Source of the DNA: the human T2T-CHM13v2.0 reference genome, Homo sapiens
DNA: 64,000 nucleotides
NCBI RefSeq assembly: GCF_009914755.1
Contig: NC_060927.1
Direction: 5' to 3' (one strand)
Both the position numbers and the translations under genes were made by a program. The notes below the pieces were generated by a model, which was given only the letters and a program-made list of their open reading frames with translations, did not search any database and was not told the origin of the DNA. Shown one piece after another: positions 29,034 through 43,759 of the stretch. Position 1 is the stretch's first letter. The number at the start of each line of letters is the position of its first letter.

Positions 29034-31783
29034 TATGTCCTCTTAAAATGGAATTGCCTATATTGGTGCCAAAAGTAAAGACATTATATAATCTGCAAAT
29101 AAAAAAATATGAAAATTTTATATTTTCTAAACTCTTCCAAACGTAATTGAAACTTGAGTTATAAGATTCTCAGAGCTCAAGGAATGTTGTTAAACAGATT
29201 AAACAGACCATAGCAGAAAAGCATGACATCCCACAATATCACCAGTATCTGGCTTAATGTTTAGATGTCAGTACAGTTAAACTTAATATATTACTCAAGG
29301 ACAGACTTTTCAAAGACTTATATTGGATCCAAAATCGTAGAATAACAGCCAATACCTTTAGACATTCACCTGTCTCTGGACTGGGTCACATATTTCATTA
29401 TCTGTCAGGGGAAAAAGTAATCTAAACTTTAAAGCTTTTTTGAGGGTAAAATTCAGACAAATTTCAACTCTTCATGTAATACAGTTACTCATGCATCATC
29501 AGTGGATGATGAGATCATTGGGAGAAAGGTTATTGTCAAACAATATTCATACAGTGCCAAATATAATTTTAAAAAAACATACATGTGTTAAAAGAATTAA
29601 ATCAAACATGACAAAATATAAACAACTGGTGAATTAAGCTGAAGACAAATAGGCATGTATTTAATTATTCTTTCTGCTGGTTTGATAACTTTTAAAATTA
29701 AAAGTTGAGGCAAAAAGCCCTTTCTCTTATACCAGCTAAATTAATTATAAATTTTAAATCTTTGATTTCTTTTAGATAAAATATTTGCATGATCTGTGAT
29801 CCTTCATGGACTAAAGGTTATTCATGTGGTGGCTACAATTTTTTATTATAATAAATTTGCCATAAGGTATTGTCATTTTGACTAGAAAGTATAAATATTT
29901 TCATTAGGTAGAAGTTTTTTGTTTGCTTGATTTTTTAAAGGAAATATTAATCACAATGAAGAATTGGTTCATTGCTTTATACTGCACATTCCTTCTCATT
30001 GTTTCTCTTCAGGAAGCTTATGTATTATTAAATTCTGGTATTCTGAGTGACATTCTCCAACTATGCCCCATAGGACTAAAATGCTTATGTGCATGATCCT
30101 TACACCACTAACCAAGATGTTATATCAGGGAAAGTTCTGACACTATGAAAAATTAAATAATAAAATAATTCTACAGCTTTGAACAAATGGAAACACTGTG
30201 ATTAAGTAAGAATACTGTGTTATCTGAAAGAAGCATTCTTAGATAATGTGGCTGATCTTTCAGATACTGCTGTGCATTCTTTTTTCTGTGAACTATTTCA
30301 AATACAAAATAGCATATAAAAATGAGACAAAATATGCATATCTATTATCTAGCCAATATTTCCAGTTGGCATGTTCTTTGAAGATTTAAGGAATAAACTA
30401 TACAACACAGATACAGTTGAAGCCCCTGTATGCAACTTTTTAGTTCCCCTCCCATTCCTGGTGAATCAGTCCCAAACTATGCAATTGCCATTTCTATGTA
30501 AACATTATAATATTTCTGTGATGTTGATAAACAATCTATAGTATTGTTTCATGTATATTTAAATTGTGTTATCAACATGATGTCGTAGATATTCTTCCTT
30601 TTTCTTTCTCATTATGATATATATTATACGTTAGGTAAATATGTAGAATTGACATATGGCATATGTTATGCAAGTGTGTGTATGTATAGAAACACATATA
30701 TATACACACACTTTTCATTGAATTGGCCATACTGTATCGCATTGTGTGATTAGATCAGAAATCATTTATCTATTTTTATTGAAGAATGGTTAGCTAGTTT
30801 CTATTTTCTTTATTGCAAATCATGTCTCATGTCCATTATTATAGATGTTATCTTCTCCACAAATACCTATTTCTTTACAGTATATAGAAAGAAGTCTTGG
30901 AATTGCTAGATCAAATGGAATTCAGAGTTTATTTTTATTAGATACCTTAAACTGTTGTCCAAAAGATTGCAATTATTATCTTTCTCTATCCAGTCATGAG
31001 GTTTTTCCATTTCTTCCACTTACCATTGATAGAGATGGTCAGATATTTAATTATTTCCAAACTGATGAGCACAAAAATGTATCTTATGGAATTTTGTTTG
31101 CCTTTCTCTGATTACTATGGAGATTGTTCATTGTTTCTTGGTCACTTGGGCTTTCAATTTAATTAGTTGCCAATGTATAGTCTTTGCCCACATTCTAATG
31201 TGCTGTACTATTTTAAACTGATATGTTGGTGTTCTTATAAATTATGCATGCTAATCCTTTGTCACTTTTATAATTTGAATATATATTTACCATCAGCAGT
31301 TTGCCATTCTTGTTTTAGTAACTTTTAATTATAGGGATTTATCAATTATGGCATATATATTTATAACACTTTTAATAAACCCTTCCTGCAATGACATCTA
31401 AAAAGGCTTCACATTTCTTCTAAAATTTAAATACAAGACAAGAATTACCTTTGTTCTTATTCAAATGATCTTAGCCATTCTTAGCCTTTGTATTTTTTAT
31501 AAGTTATCAAATCAGCTTCTGAGTTTCAATAAGACATTTGAGATTTTGATGACTTTTTTAATTTATAAAATAATTTGAGGCAAATGACCTTTAAACAAAA
31601 CTATGTTTTCTGATTCATGAATATATCTTTCTCTTTATTAATTTTTTAATTTTGTCCTTCACTGATGTTTTTAAAATTTCTCAAAAATTTCTGTATTATT
31701 GAGTACAATCAGATAATTTATATATTTTATATTTTGTTTCTCCAAATTCAGTGACGATTTATTTTTTATTTTTAGTTGGGTAT

Positions 31784-34000
31784 TGTATTAGTTTGTTCTC
31801 ATGCTCCTAATAAAGATATACCCAAGATTGGCTAATTTATAAAGGAAAGAGGTTTAATTGACTCATGGTTCAGCATGGCTGGGGAGGCTTCAGGAAACTT
31901 ACAATCATGGCAGAAGGCACTTCTTCAAAGGGCATCAGGAGAGAGAATAAGCACCGAGCAAAGGGGCAAGCTCCTTATAAAACCATCAGATCTCACGAGA
32001 ACTTACTCACTATTATGAGAACAGCTTGAGGAAAACTGCCCCCATGATTCAATTATCTCCACCTGGTTCTGCCATTGATATGTGGGGACTACTACAATTC
32101 TGGGTGAGATTTGGGTTGGGACACAGCGAAACCATATCATTCCTCCCCTGGACCCTCCCAAACCTCATGTCCTCACAATTCAAAATACAATCATGCCCTT
32201 CCAACACTCCCCGAAAATCTTAACTCGTTTCAGCATTAACCCCAAAGCCCAAGTCCAAAGTCTCATCTGAAACAAGGCAAGTCTCTTCGACCTATGAGCC
32301 TATAAGATCAAAAGCAAGTTAGTCACTTCCTAGATACAATAGGGGAATGGGCATTGGGTAACTACACCCATTCCAAACAAGAGAAATTGGCCAAAACCAA
32401 AGGGCTACAGGCCTCATGCAAGTACAAAATCCAATAGGGCAGTCATTAAACCTTAAAGGTCCAAAATGATCTTCTTTGACTTCATGTCTCACATTCTTGT
32501 CATGATGATGCAAGAGGTGGGCTCCCACAGCCTTGGCCAGCTCCATCCCTGTGGCTTTGCAGGGTACAGCACCACTCCTGACTGCCTTCATGGGCTGGCA
32601 TTGGGTATCTGTGGTGTTTCCAGGTGCATGGTGCAAGATGTTGATAGATGTACCATTCTGGGGTCGGGAGGGCAGTAGCTCTCTTTTCACAGCACCACTA
32701 GCCCCAGTGGGGACTCTTTGTGGGGGCCCCAACCCCACATTTCCCTTCAGGACTACCCTAGCAGAGGTTCCCCATGAGGGCCACGCCATTGCAGCAAACT
32801 TTTGCCTGGACATCCAGGCATTTCCATACCTTCTCTGAAATCTAGGCAGAGGTTCTGTAACATCAATTCTTGACTTCTGTGCACCTGCAGGCTTAACCCA
32901 TGTGGAAGCTGCCAAGGCTTGGAGCTTGCACCCTCTGAAGCAATGGCCTGAGATGTACGTTGGCTCCTTTTAGCCACAGCTGGAGCTGAAGCAGTGGAAC
33001 ACAGGGCACCATGTTCTGAGGTTGCATAGAGCAGTGGGGCACTGGGTCCAGCCCAGGAAACCATTTTTCCCTCCTAGACCTCTGGGCCTGTGATGGAAGG
33101 GACTGACATGAAGGTCTCTGACATGCCCTGGAGTCATTTTTCCCATTGTCTTGGTGATTAATATTTCTGCAGCAGGCTTGAATTTCTCCTCAGAAAATTG
33201 GTTTTTCTTTTCTGTCACATTGTCAGGCTACAAATTTTCCAAACTTTATGCTCTGTTTCCTCTTGAATGCTTTGCTGCTTAGAAATTTCTTCCACCAGAT
33301 ACCCTAAGTCATCTCTCTCAAGTTCAAAGTTCCACAGTTCCCTGTGGCAGGGGCAAAATGCTGCCAGTCTCTTTGCTCAAACATAGCAAAAATCACCTTT
33401 ATTCCAGTTCCCAACAAATTCCTCATCTCCATCTGAGACCAACTCAGCCTGGGCCTCATTGTCCATATCACTATCAGCATTTTGGTCAAAGCCATTTAAT
33501 AAGTCTCTAAGAACTGCCAAGGTTTCCCATACTTTCCTGTCTTCTTCTGAGCCCTCCAAACTGTTCCAACCGTTGCCTGGTACCCAGTTCCAAAGTTGCT
33601 TCCACATTTTGGGGTATCTTTAAAGCAGTACCCCACTCTCTACAGTACCAATTTACTCATTCTGCTAATAAAGACATGCCCAAATGCCCAAGACTTGGTA
33701 ATTTATAAAGGAAAGAGGTTTGATTAACTCAATTTAGCATGTCTGGGGAGGCCTGAGAAAACTTACAATCATGGCAGTAGACACTTCTTCACAGGGCATC
33801 AGGAGGGAGAATGAGTGCCAAGTGAAGTGGGAAACCCCTTATAAACCACCAGGTCTCATGAGAACTCACTATCATGAGAACAGCATGAGGGAAACTGCCC
33901 CCATGATTTAATTATCTGCACCTGGTCCCTCCCTTGCCACATGGGGATTGTTACAATTCAAGGTGAGATTTGGGTGGGGACACAGAGCCAAACCATATTA
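31784..34000 (-). mobile_element. Complete THE1 (THE1C-like) MaLR provirus: 3' LTR 31784-32139, internal 32140-33655, 5' LTR 33656-34000
   Basis: Two LTRs, THE1-internal sequence, polypurine tract beside the left LTR (ttcctcccctgg), TSD ggtat/gttat. ORF remnant MWKQLWNW...WNSLEGSEEDRK. Confidence 0.93.
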
Positions 34001-34510
34001 GTTATTATGGATATGCAGAAATTATGTTGTTTTCTGTATTCATATTCTAACCAAAATCTTGGCTGAAATTTCAATTGTTGGTATATAAACTTGTGTAATC
34101 TTTGAGATTTTCTTTGCACTCAGCCAATAAAAACTAATGAATATGACTTTCTTTCCATTTCTTATGGCCCACTTTTTTTATTTATGTATTTATTTATTTA
34201 TTTATTTTTCACCATACTGCCTTGACTAATCAGTATGAAGCTAGTAATCTTGGAGATAGGAGAATCACTAGTTATTATTGTTACCATTGAAAGGTGTATG
34301 CCTATTGTTTTCCCACTAGAGTGACGTCTGCAACTGGTTGATCAGGCTAAGATAGCTTGTTAGTGCTATTTATTTTGTAATCAGTTAGTATTCTTAAACA
34401 TGTTTCAGACTCTATTGTGATGATCATATAATTTTCATCTTTAACCTGTCACTGTGGCATATTAAACTGATATAATTTCCTGATACTCAAGTGTATTTGA
34501 CTTGCTTTCA

Positions 34511-34883
<373 letters not shown>

Positions 34884-36192
34884 TTAATGTGCTAATTTCT
34901 TTTTAATTTTAAAAAGTTTAGGATATTTGTGTGTATTGTTACATGCATTGTTTAGTTTTAGGTATAAAACTACTATTAGTTTTATGAAATGATTTAACTG
35001 TAAATTATACATTTATTATTTCATATTTTCATCAAAATATATTATTTTTAATTATAATGTTATTGTTATATTACCTTTTATATTATACAGTCTCTTGCTT
35101 TATCTTTATTGCTTTTTTGTTAATTATATTTTGGTTGATATTAATATTGTCATGCTTTTGTGTTATATGTGTTTGTACTATATTTTGAATAAGAGCTTCA
35201 TTTTAAATGTATCTTTTTAATACCATGTATGTCTTGATTTAAAATATACAATCTAAATACTTGTGCCATTGGCTGAAATATTGTATTTATTTCTAAAACT
35301 GTATTTTGTTTTGTGTTTGTTTACTGGGTACCACATTTTTTTTTTCTTCATAGACTCCTTTTCTAGCTTCTGTGAAATTGATCAAGGATTCTACCATTTC
35401 TTTTATGTTCTCTTCTTTCTTTCCTATTTTCTTTCCTTCCTCTCTTCTTTTGTCGTCCACTCATTTACAAGCTATACATTTTGTGTCTATTATTTTGTAA
35501 TTCTTCAAATATACACCATAGAAGTAATGAAACTTTTCCATTAAATCTAAATTTATTTTGCATGCATATTTCAACCTAAACATGACAAGGTTTTTATTGC
35601 ACTCTAAGCAACCAATTCATGTCCTGTTTTGTATTCTAGGATCTTTTTATTACTGCTTTGAAATGAAGTTTGACAGTTTTTTAAAGCACATTTTTTTTGC
35701 TTTTCTAGTAAACAATTGAAGCTTTTAGCAACATACTCAATTAATTTCCATTCTCTTTTGTCTTATACATTCTTTCCAGTTTCTTATTTCATCTGGATGA
35801 AATACGTCCATTAAGAATTTTTTTTTAGTGAGAATTCTTATGTTACAGCAATACTATCTCTTGCAATGTCAAAATGTATTATTACTTTATCTCCACACTT
35901 GAGTGATCATTTGGCAGGTTATAATATTGGATGGATTCACTATTCCCAAACAATCAAAAGATGTTACTTCATTGTCTTTTAGCATCATTTAACAGTTTTG
36001 TTAATAAACGTATTCCCTCATAATAGTTATTTATTGTAGACTATTTTATTTCTAGTAATTATAAAATGCTTTTTTAAAATGATGAATTTATTAAAATAAT
36101 TTTCTTTTTCATTCCTGATGTTGTGCAGTTTACTCTGCTGTGTCTGGATGTGAGTTTATTTTTTTCCTGCTCAATGCTAGCAACACACTTTC

Positions 36193-36533
36193 TTTTTTTT
36201 TATTTTGTTTTAATACTTGGATATTTTATTCCAGCAATCCTACTTTAATCTCAATAATCAGCTAGAGATAATCATGTTAGCAACAGTATCAAAATAGTAG
36301 TATAAACGTTGAGCAATAAGAGAATATTGCTCAATATTATAGAAAAAAGGGTAAAATTTTACATAATCATTAGTCTATGATTTTAGACACTATTTAATGC
36401 CATAAAATTCTTTTATAAATATTGTTTGAAAAAATAGGCTATAAAATATATAAACCAACATTACTAAAATTTGTTATGTGCATGTGTGTAGATATGGATA
36501 GGTATGTACATGATCTCATTTAGTGTATATAAT
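36193..36533 (-). other. Putative L1 3'-transduced segment with its own poly(A)
   Basis: Lies between the L1 poly(A) and the left TSD copy. AATAAA on the minus strand at 36225-36230, T-run at 36193-36201. Confidence 0.75.
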
Positions 36534-36887
36534 TTTTTTCTTTTTTCTTTTATTATTTGTTTAAATTATACTTTAAGTTGTAGGCTACATGTTCACAATG
36601 TGCAGGTTTGTTACTTATGTATACATGTGCCATGTTGGTGTGCTGCATCCATTAACTCGTCATTTACATTAGGTATATCTCCTAATGCTTTCCCTCCCCC
36701 CTCCCCCCACCCCACAACAGGCCCTAGTGTGTGATGTTCCCCGTCCTGTGTCCAAGATAAAAAAACATGAGTTCATATCCTTTGTAGGGACATGGATGAA
36801 GCTGGAAACCATCATTCTCAGCAAACTATCGCAAGAACAAAAAACCAAACACCACACGTTCTCACTCATAGGTGGGAATTGAACAAT
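36534..36887 (-). mobile_element. Short L1PA (PA4/5-like) 3' end with 5' inversion (36756-36887 inverted)
   Basis: Antisense 3' UTR to cctgtgtccaag, then sense ataaaaaa...gggaattgaacaatg. Confidence 0.92.
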
Positions 36888-37999
36888 GCAACACACTTTC
36901 AAACTAAAGACTTAGTTCAATTGACTTCTGCAAATCGTATTTGAAGATGTACGATGGAGGCTCTTTAAACTATTGCTGTGTGGTGAATCCTTCCCTATCT
37001 TCAAGTTCAGCAATGTTTCAAGAAACTGCAGTTTTTCTAGTAATAGTTTCTTAAATTTAACTACCTTTTTTATTTCCAAGTTTTTTGTTAGCTATTTTTC
37101 ATACCACTTGTTCTTGTTTCATTTCTGCTAATTATGTGACCCAATTTTATGAACCAGTTTTTCATTATTGTTCATGCATTTTACAAATATTGATATAAAT
37201 TATTTTGTCACCTATTCCATAAAATTAATTGCATCTGGAATAAATATATGTTCAGTATTGTTTGGATATCTTTCTTAGATTTCTCTGTGTGATTTGTAAT
37301 TATGTTGGCTAGCCTGTTGCAATTGCTTAATCTATTAATTAAGTCATTTATTTTATCTCTGCCTGTTTTGTTTACCCATCTCTTATGAGTTGATTTCATT
37401 TGTCTCCACTTAAGGCTTTTGTCCAGGATCAGATAAAATGACTTTTAGATCTATTGTCTCCAAAATCACAGCCCTGATCATTGCTCAGCATTTCTATTCC
37501 ATTTATGGCCTGTTGGAGATTTTTGTTTTGTTTTTGGGCATGGCAAATTGGTTTTGGGTTTCTATTATTGAGTCTCATCTCTCAACGTGTATTTGTAATA
37601 CAGATGTGAGTTAAAACATGGGCTTACTTTGCCATTTTAAGTGGAAATATCTATGACTGTTTACGTGCATTTTCAAACATGTTTAAATGTCACCATAGAA
37701 TGTCCTTGTCTCTTTTGTTGCCAATATTAGGTCTTATTGGATCTTTGTCCATGTACTCATTATTTAGCAATATTTTGGGAAAACTTCAAGTGTCATATGT
37801 CTTCTATGTTAAAAGTTTTCAACACAGAAAATGTGTGTATCTTGTATATTTGGAATTATAGTTTCTCCAATTCTTTTACTATAGAGAGTAAAGTAAGATG
37901 TGACCTAAAATATGAAATTTAAGATATCACTGAAAGAAATAGTTAACTTAAGTATCATATGTAAATTTATATAAGAAAATGTGGGTATTTGATGCAGGA

Positions 38000-38212
38000 G
38001 AGTGATGGGGTGCAATATGGAATTCTGAGAGGAACACTGGACTCTAGGCTAGAAGATAAGAATCTACTACGGGATTTGTCAGCAAATAGGTGTAAGAGTT
38101 TGAAAGGATATGGTAACTTCTCTGAGCCTTGATTTTTTTCATTTGTAAAATTAAAGTTTTGGGATACAAAATTTCTAAGATATTTTCCATCTCTAATATT
38201 ATATGATCCTGA
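38000..38212 (+). mobile_element. MIR3-like
   Basis: aacttctctgagccttgattttttcatttgtaaaatt...ttccatctctaatattatatgat. Confidence 0.65.
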
Positions 38213-40259
38213 TATTCTAACTGATATTATGTGTCTGAGATTATGTCTAAAGTTTGGAAGTTGCTTTAACCAAAGTATAAACATTTTTTATAGAGACCAG
38301 AACTATAAAGAGAATAGATTCCAAATGAGAAATTTAGATGTATAAAAAAACTGGCAATCATGCACAGGTAGAAAATAAATCATAACATAAAAGAAAATAA
38401 CAGTAGTTTTACAATAGTTCGATTTCTAAGGAGTTCAATTTTTTCTGGAAAATAATATTTCATCTGGGCAATTGAAAAGTGCAAAATTGTGTTTTCAATT
38501 CTCAAGTTTGAAAATTAATCCATTGCATAGTTCCTATTTTAGCCTTGAACAAAAAAGAGTGTATGGAATTCATATAAGGAGAGAAACTAAGCCAGCATAT
38601 ATCATGGTATCTTCCACTTAGCAACTTGTTTTTTACAGATATAGAAGGAGGTCGCAAATATGTACTCATTTTGATAAAAAGGCAAAGGACACCATTGCAA
38701 TAACTAGATTTTCTTATTACCACAGAAATATTACTATTTTAGAATTTTATAACATTATTCAATAATAGTTTTTTGTTGACTTAATGCCCAGGTATACACA
38801 AAATATTTTATTCTATAGGTGAAGCCTTGAAACAGACACCCTTAAATTACAGTTACCATGTTTTGAAAGGATCAGGAAGACTCAAAGATTTTGGCTTGAG
38901 TTTAACTGAAGGCAAGGATCAAGTGAAAATTATGTTTTTATCTTTAGTACTTATTATAATATTTGGCTCCTCTTACTTATGTGTGGTTTGCTGTATTGAT
39001 TCTAAAGAAGTTCAAACTTTGAGAATGCAATGTGGGTTTTGAAATGTTCTTCAATCTAACCAATAAAGCCACATATATCGAAGCTTTTCTAGACTTCTTA
39101 AAATTTTGCATAACATCTAGAATCTCCTAAGTATATCTTCTGGTTTTGAGAAATCAAACTATTTCCCATATGTTAGATGGATGATTTTTACATGTGCTGT
39201 ATATTGTATGTCACCCAGAGAGACACTTAAAGCAGAGTACCATAATCAAATAAATAATTTGTGTAGCAAAAGAAAATCACATTAAATGGGATAAATAGCT
39301 TTATATTAGATCAGGTTTTTCTCTCAAATGATTTTGTAGCTTAACAAAAACCTTTTTTTTTGGAGGTTTTTGGTTGTGGAATTGCAGATAAGGGATGGTA
39401 TATCTACATAATACTAAAAGTACAGAGAACCTGCGGACGGAATGAGAAGTGTGACGGAGTGAGAAGTGTGTTTCAAAAGATACAGTTGTAGTGTGCAGAA
39501 ATATACTATAATTCAACAACTCCTGAGGATATTAATTGTTTACCTGATATAGTTACACATTTGCCATGCCCTTTACAGACATAACAACATTGTAAAGATG
39601 GCTGGTTGGGTGGAGTTAGTGGGGCAATTTGTATCCAAGAAATAATTTGTGTAATAGGGAAGCTAATAAACTAGAAAGAAGCATACACCTAGAACCTTGA
39701 CTTATTTAGAGACAGACAATTAGGATAAAAAGCAATAGATCTGAACAAAATAAACAGTAAAAAAAGATTAAAACTGATGAGCTATTAAAACTTTAGAGTA
39801 CTCTGTGTGGTTTGTGCTGTCATGTTGCCCATATATGAAGTGACATGAGAGAAAATTCAAATAAGAGAAGAGGGAGGTTTGCTCCTTCAAGAGGGAGAGA
39901 AGAGACATTTGCTAAGTAAATAAAGTAAAGTAACAAACTAAAAATAAACAAATAAAGGCAACTGACACATAAACATGCTTAATTAACAAAAGGAAGAAAT
40001 TTGTTAAATGTATACAAACACAGTGAAAGTTTCTGACATACATTCATTTAGTGGTTTTATGCTTACGATTTTGAGTTTTTCATCATGCAGTAGGGTTAAT
40101 AACAGAAGACTCACCATATTTCACAGTCACCTAATTTTCTGAAGCTTATTTTCTTTTGAAATAATAGCTAACTTACAGACATGCATGAAAACATTCTGTA
40201 ATCTGAAATAAAAACTAGTAATAATAATAAAAAGCAGTGTTAGTTAAGTTGCACTATAC

Positions 40260-40482
40260 AATGCACAGTGATGTAGGGTCTCTTGGTCTGGTTCAGGTTT
40301 TAGTTCTTCACCTAAGCAGCTTCTGACCTTAGACAACTCAGTCTCTAATGACCTCGGTTTCTGGCATGGTAGAACAGAGACAATGTCAGTAATAGTGAGT
40401 ACCTTCCATTCATCAACAGGGAAACAATATATTTAAAATGATCACCCCTGTGACAGGCACAAAGTTCTCAATCATGTAACTT
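40260..40482 (+). mobile_element. MIR
   Basis: ctgaccttagacaactc...cctcggtttc...ctcaatcatgtaac. Confidence 0.55.
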
Positions 40483-41989
40483 TCCATGGTGACGAGATGA
40501 TGACTGTGCTGGTGGAAGTCATGTGGTGTGGTGTGGTGCCATTCAAGTCCTGAGAGAAGTTCAGACTTAGAGTCTCAGGAGCAGATCCTGAGACAACTTT
40601 TCAGCAAATGAACTATGTTATATAGAGGAAAAATCCCCACATTTAAAGTGTAAATATTATTTATCTTTTTTTCTGAATTGGTTTTGAGATATTCCATCTA
40701 TTACACCTCAACTAGTTTTTTGGGCTTGACTTATTATGTAATCATAAGTAGCTGTGTTATGTCTACTGTGTAGTTGTCCTGTGCTTCTACACCAAATTCA
40801 GTATTCATCTCTAAAATCAGTAATGAGTAAAGTTTACTGGTAAAAAGTGAGTATGAAATAGTGATTATAACAATATATTTTACTATCTGTTTTGAGTAAG
40901 ATTTTAAGATTTATTGAAAATAGTTTTTAAAAAAGGTTTGAGATGCTATTATTTCTTATGTGCAAATTAAGGATTTGGTGCCATTTGGCTGTGTGCAGTA
41001 TGTTGCCTAATTTTTTTCCTTCTACACAATGTGTTTTCAAGCTCTTCAGAACATTTTTTATATGTGAAGCTGTTTTCATTCACTTTTCAGATGGGTATTT
41101 CTGATTTTTACCACCTTGCTTAAAAAGGGTGATTTTCTGAATCCATAGGTTACTCTTTTCTTTCTTATAAAACAATATTTTATAATGTAGAAGTGTTTTA
41201 CTGTACTAGTTGTCTTCTAGTTTATTTATAGTCTTATTATTTATGTCATATTTTCATATGTTATAGTTTAAATATATTTATCTTATTTTCTATAAATGGA
41301 CACATTGCTCCAGAATTAATGTAAAGTAGATAAGTGGCCTCACATAAATCAGAGAAGATTTCATACAAAAATATTTTATGAAAGGTAACAATTATGTTTA
41401 GCTCATATTTCAGCACAGCTGTCTAAGCCACTTTTTGTAAGGTACAAGAGTTATAAAGAGAAAAGTTTTTATGACCTTGATTAATAGTAAATAATTTGAC
41501 TATGAATGTAAGCTTACAAATCTTGAACAAACTCATACTTTTAATTTGAAATCATCCAGTCTCTTTTTTTCATCTGAAGACAATAGTAAATTACAACCTC
41601 ATTTTCACAGTTGAACTGAATCAGATCTACAAAACTGCTGTCTATTTCTCTTAGTAAAATAAGATATTTATTTTATTCACATTTTCAATCCTAGAACTAT
41701 ATTGTGTAAAAAATTATTTCTAAATAAAGCGTATTCTATTGTTCTTAAAGCTATGACACCATTTTAAAAATCAAAAAATTGGCATTTTGTTGAAAAGATT
41801 TCAGTAGTAATTCAGTAATCTAGTTTGTATGTAAATATTGTAAAGATGTTTAGATGGAAAATGTTTATATGGAATGTTTATGGAACATTTGGATTGTTTA
41901 AGATTTACTGGAGTCTTATTGTATTGTCTAACTTCCTTTTGACAAAAATATACAACGCTATGTTGTCAGCAAGGATTTGGGGATGAATT

Positions 41990-42430
41990 ATAATCAGAGT
42001 GGAAAACGGCAGCCCCTAACTAGGCACAAAACTATTGAAGGGGTGAAGGAACTATCCAGACTGACTGAGTGCATATTCAGTAGCAGGTAGATGCACTTCT
42101 GGAAGTAGAGATTTATCATTTTCTCAGTTTTGAGACTAGAAAAGAAGCACTGCTAATAAAATTCCCAAGTATAGCTGAATGAGGACAACCCCACACGTGG
42201 AGGAAATCACAGCAAATTTTGGGAATCCCAGTCTACTCGTGGTAGAGTGATGCCCCTATTGACTTTGATGGAGAAAACACTTGGAAGGATGACTCCAGAA
42301 ACAGCTAATAAGAAAATCATAGGGCAGATTCCTTCGCCGGAGTAAATGGAAGTAGCAGCAGTGAGAAGCCTTTAGGAATTTGATGACAAATAGATTTGAA
42401 GTCCCAGATCTATGGGTTACCCTAATGAAG
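41990..42430 (+). mobile_element. CR1/L3 LINE ORF2 (endonuclease-region) fossil
   Basis: Collinear weak motifs aactatccaga, atcattttctcag, gaagcactgcta, gtgatgcccctattgacttt, atagggcagattcct. Confidence 0.4.
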
Positions 42431-42749
42431 TGTTACTTATAGAACATTCTTGTAAAAATTAGATCAGTTTAAGGTATGAACCCATGGAACTATGACTGAA
42501 CGATTCCAGTTAAAGATTAGTGAGAAATGTATTTTTACACAAGTGTATTATTACTTGACAATATAAATGACTTTATTCATTAATCATTGTAATGTAAGTT
42601 GTCATAATGAAAATATTTTTTCATGCCAATAATTTTCACTAGTAATTTTGTGTGTGTCATATGCCAATAGCTCTTCGTTTGTGATACATGATATATATGC
42701 TTTAAAATTATCAAACATTTGAAAAATGCGTATTGGTAAGCCCCAACAC

Positions 42750-43160
42750 AGAAACATTCAATAAAATCTCAGAAGGTTGATGCCCAGGAATTTGCATTTT
42801 TTGGCCCTTCTAGGTTTTTTTTTTTTTTTTTTTTTTTACTTCTTTCCTTAATTTTTTAAATAGTGACAGAGTTTCATTCTGGCACCCAGGCTGGGGTGCA
42901 GTGGCATAATCATAGCTCACAGTAGCCTCAAACCAAATTCAAGCACTCCTCCCACTTCAGCCTCTGAAGTATTTAGGACTACAGGTGCACACCACCACAC
43001 ACAGCTAAATTTCTAATTTTTTGTAGAGATAGAGTCTCACTATATTTCTGGTCTCTAACTCCTAGCCTCAAGTCATCCAAGGTGTTGGGATTACAGGCAT
43101 AAGCCGCTGTACCAAGGCTCTAGATTGTTTTTATGTACTAATATTTAAGAATTGCTTGTT
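42750..43160. mobile_element. MER5-like hAT MITE interrupted by AluJ
   Basis: gcccaggaatttgcattttt...tctag...tttaagaattgct. Confidence 0.45.
42815..43118 (-). mobile_element. AluJ
   Basis: atcatagctcacagtagcctcaaac (Jo-like), poly(T) at left, tctag flanks. Confidence 0.88.
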
Positions 43161-43759
43161 TCAAATACAGATATAATTATGTATGTATAACCATGTATAA
43201 CTGAGAAAATCAGCAGTAGTCTACCAAATCACAGGTTCAAATATTTTAAGTGGTAGAAAATCTTCTTGTAAATTTAATCTATAAATCTAAACCTGTGAAA
43301 CCATAGGAAACACCACATATGACTATCATAAATAAGGCTTTGCATTAATATTTGTACTTGTCTATTTTACAGGAACTTTTGAAGGATATCACAAATTTTA
43401 AGAACTGGTACACAACCAGAGGGCCTCAAAGTACACAATAAATTTAATTTGTGGTTTAGTGTATTATGTCAAAACAGAAAGCTGAACGATAAAAAATTCC
43501 AGCATGCATAATGTTTAATGCATCCCAATAAAGCATGGAGAATCCAGAGAAACATATTTCACAAACAAAAAAGGGTTTAGTTCTCCATCTAAAAGTAAAG
43601 CATATGTACATATTTATTGGATAATAGTGCATGTCTTTCAATTGTTCTTACTAATTTTTATTTGAAAATCAACTTCGATAGGGAATTGTAGTAAATCTTT
43701 TCTGTATTTTCATTATAGTCACAACTGAAATTTAAGTGCCAAGAGCTTTTTAATTAACA

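Noticed and set aside
32319-32915. 198-aa ORF
   Set aside because: Fragment of the decayed THE1-internal ORF, not a host gene.
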